From a virus (taxonomy: Duplodnaviria > Caudoviricetes), in IMG/VR virus record IMGVR_UViG_3300025767_000017, positions 1 to 59,501 of that record: a DNA stretch of 59,501 nucleotides; one strand, written 5' to 3'. The first letter of the stretch is position 1. Every line of letters begins with the position of its first letter. A program made the translations under genes and the position numbers. The notes under the pieces were generated by a model. It saw only the letters and a list, made by a program, of their open reading frames with translations, was not told the origin of the DNA and did not search any database. This document shows, in pieces, positions 58,338 to 59,501 of this stretch.

Positions 58338-59501
58338 TGAGACAGTCACAATTTAAAAAACGCACACTAATTACTGAAGGATGGAATGATCCTCGACTTA
58401 GTTTACTAGAAACAAAATATATTATTCCTTTTGTTGCTGATGTTGAACGTTATATCGTAGAAGCACAACTTACTCCAGATCAAATTAAACAATTGTTTAC
58501 CTCAGTTGAGCAAGGTGCAACTGATGCAGGCGGTAATAGAACTATGGTTGGCAAAGGAAAAGATGCTGCAAGTTTTATTAGTAAAAAGATCGATGAACTT
58601 GGCGCTCAACTAAAGCAAGCAGGCCCTGTTAAAAATGCAGATGCTAAATTTAAAGAATTAAAAGCTAAAATTGGTGCTACTGACAGTAAGGTTGTTAAAG
58701 CAATACAAGGTGTTAGTGACTGGGCTATAGCTAATCCTGGTAAAGCAAGTATTGCTGTAGGTGTGTTAACGGCAGCAGCGTCAATGGCCGGCGGACCATT
58801 AGGTGGTGCCATCGGCGGCTTCTTAGCAAGAGCAACTAAAGATTTGTTACAGGGTGCTGACCTTTCAACTGCTGTAGGAAAAGCTGCTAAGACTGGTATT
58901 GTTGGTGCCCTAGTTGGATTTGGTCTTGAAAAAATAGGTGACGTATTGGGAGATGCTCTTGCTTGGGGTAACGACACAATTAATCCGTCTTACATGACTG
59001 CTAAATGGGACTACATGGATACTGATATTGGATCAGGTGACTGGATGACTGCAAAACTAGTAGGTTATCCTGAAGACATTGAGCCTATTAGAGATATGTG
59101 GACACAAGCAAGTTCTGCGTTAGAAGCAGATAACTATGCTAAATTTGATGCAGTGTGGTCAAAAATAGAAGCAGCAGTTGACCAATTAAATAATCCAGAA
59201 TATCTTGCTTCGCTTGATGGCACTGACAAAGCAAGAGATACTTGGCAAGCTGGAATGCAAGCATTTAGTAAAATGATGGATGGAGTTGCTGCTGGCGCAC
59301 AAGGTGCAGCACAAGCAAGCGATGACAAAAAAGAAAGTGTACAACTTAATCCGTTACAAATTGAAATTGTTCTAGAATGGTGCGAAGGAACACCTGCTGT
59401 AATTCTTAACGAAGGTCCAATGGATGTACTTAAAAAAGGTGCAGACGCTGTAGGCGGAGCTCTTAAAAAAGGTGCTGCTGCTGTAGGTGCTAAAGCAGCA
59501 A
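58337..59501 (+). CDS. Ala/Gly-rich protein, putative internal head/ejected protein (3' truncated by the window)
   Basis: Not in the ORF track. Manual translation from ATG 58337 (AGGAG SD, TAATG coupling): MRQSQFKKRTLITEGWND...IVEAQLTPDQI...IAVGVLTAAASMAGGPLGGAIGGFLA...ILNEGPMD; open to the window end. Confidence 0.85.
   Translation, partial: MRQSQFKKRTLITEGWNDPRLSLLETKYIIPFVADVERYIVEAQLTPDQIKQLFTSVEQGATDAGGNRTMVGKGKDAASFISKKIDELGAQLKQAGPVKNADAKFKELKAKIGATDSKVVKAIQGVSDWAIANPGKASIAVGVLTAAASMAGGPLGGAIGGFLARATKDLLQGADLSTAVGKAAKTGIVGALVGFGLEKIGDVLGDALAWGNDTINPSYMTAKWDYMDTDIGSGDWMTAKLVGYPEDIEPIRDMWTQASSALEADNYAKFDAVWSKIEAAVDQLNNPEYLASLDGTDKARDTWQAGMQAFSKMMDGVAAGAQGAAQASDDKKESVQLNPLQIEIVLEWCEGTPAVILNEGPMDVLKKGADAVGGALKKGAAAVGAKAA

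Noticed and set aside
1-59501. Stop-codon reassignment, as seen in some large phages
   Set aside because: Very long ORFs are intact in code 11, and TAG (5631, 44372) and TGA (47186) end genes at sensible boundaries.

Overview
Segment of a large AT-rich T4-like (myovirus-type) bacteriophage genome in the standard genetic code. Minus strand, 1-53033: a putative modification cluster (two radical SAM enzymes, three GT-A-type glycosyltransferases, a DUF6065-like protein, a 2OG-Fe(II) prolyl-hydroxylase-like oxygenase). It lies directly downstream of a tail/baseplate module: two Ig/Calx-beta-like fibre proteins (one with a 36-Pro tract), three paralogous tail-fibre proteins, a 5624-aa giant structural protein, gp6, gp25, a gp5 with an M15 peptidase, a lysozyme-like protein, a hub protein and gp53/gp48-like genes. 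Plus strand, 53112-end: gp55 late sigma factor, gp47/gp46 (Mre11/Rad50), a small basic protein, a stand-alone GIY-YIG nuclease, a ~520-nt highly structured non-coding region and two putative internal head proteins. Best candidates for something new: (1) the GIY-YIG plus large structured RNA/DNA element at 57034-58004; (2) a possible virion-protein prolyl-hydroxylation/glycosylation system at 1-7283; (3) a start-codon-sequestering 16-bp hairpin with a promoter-like motif in its loop at 6866-6923. All family calls come from motif recognition by eye; no searches were run.
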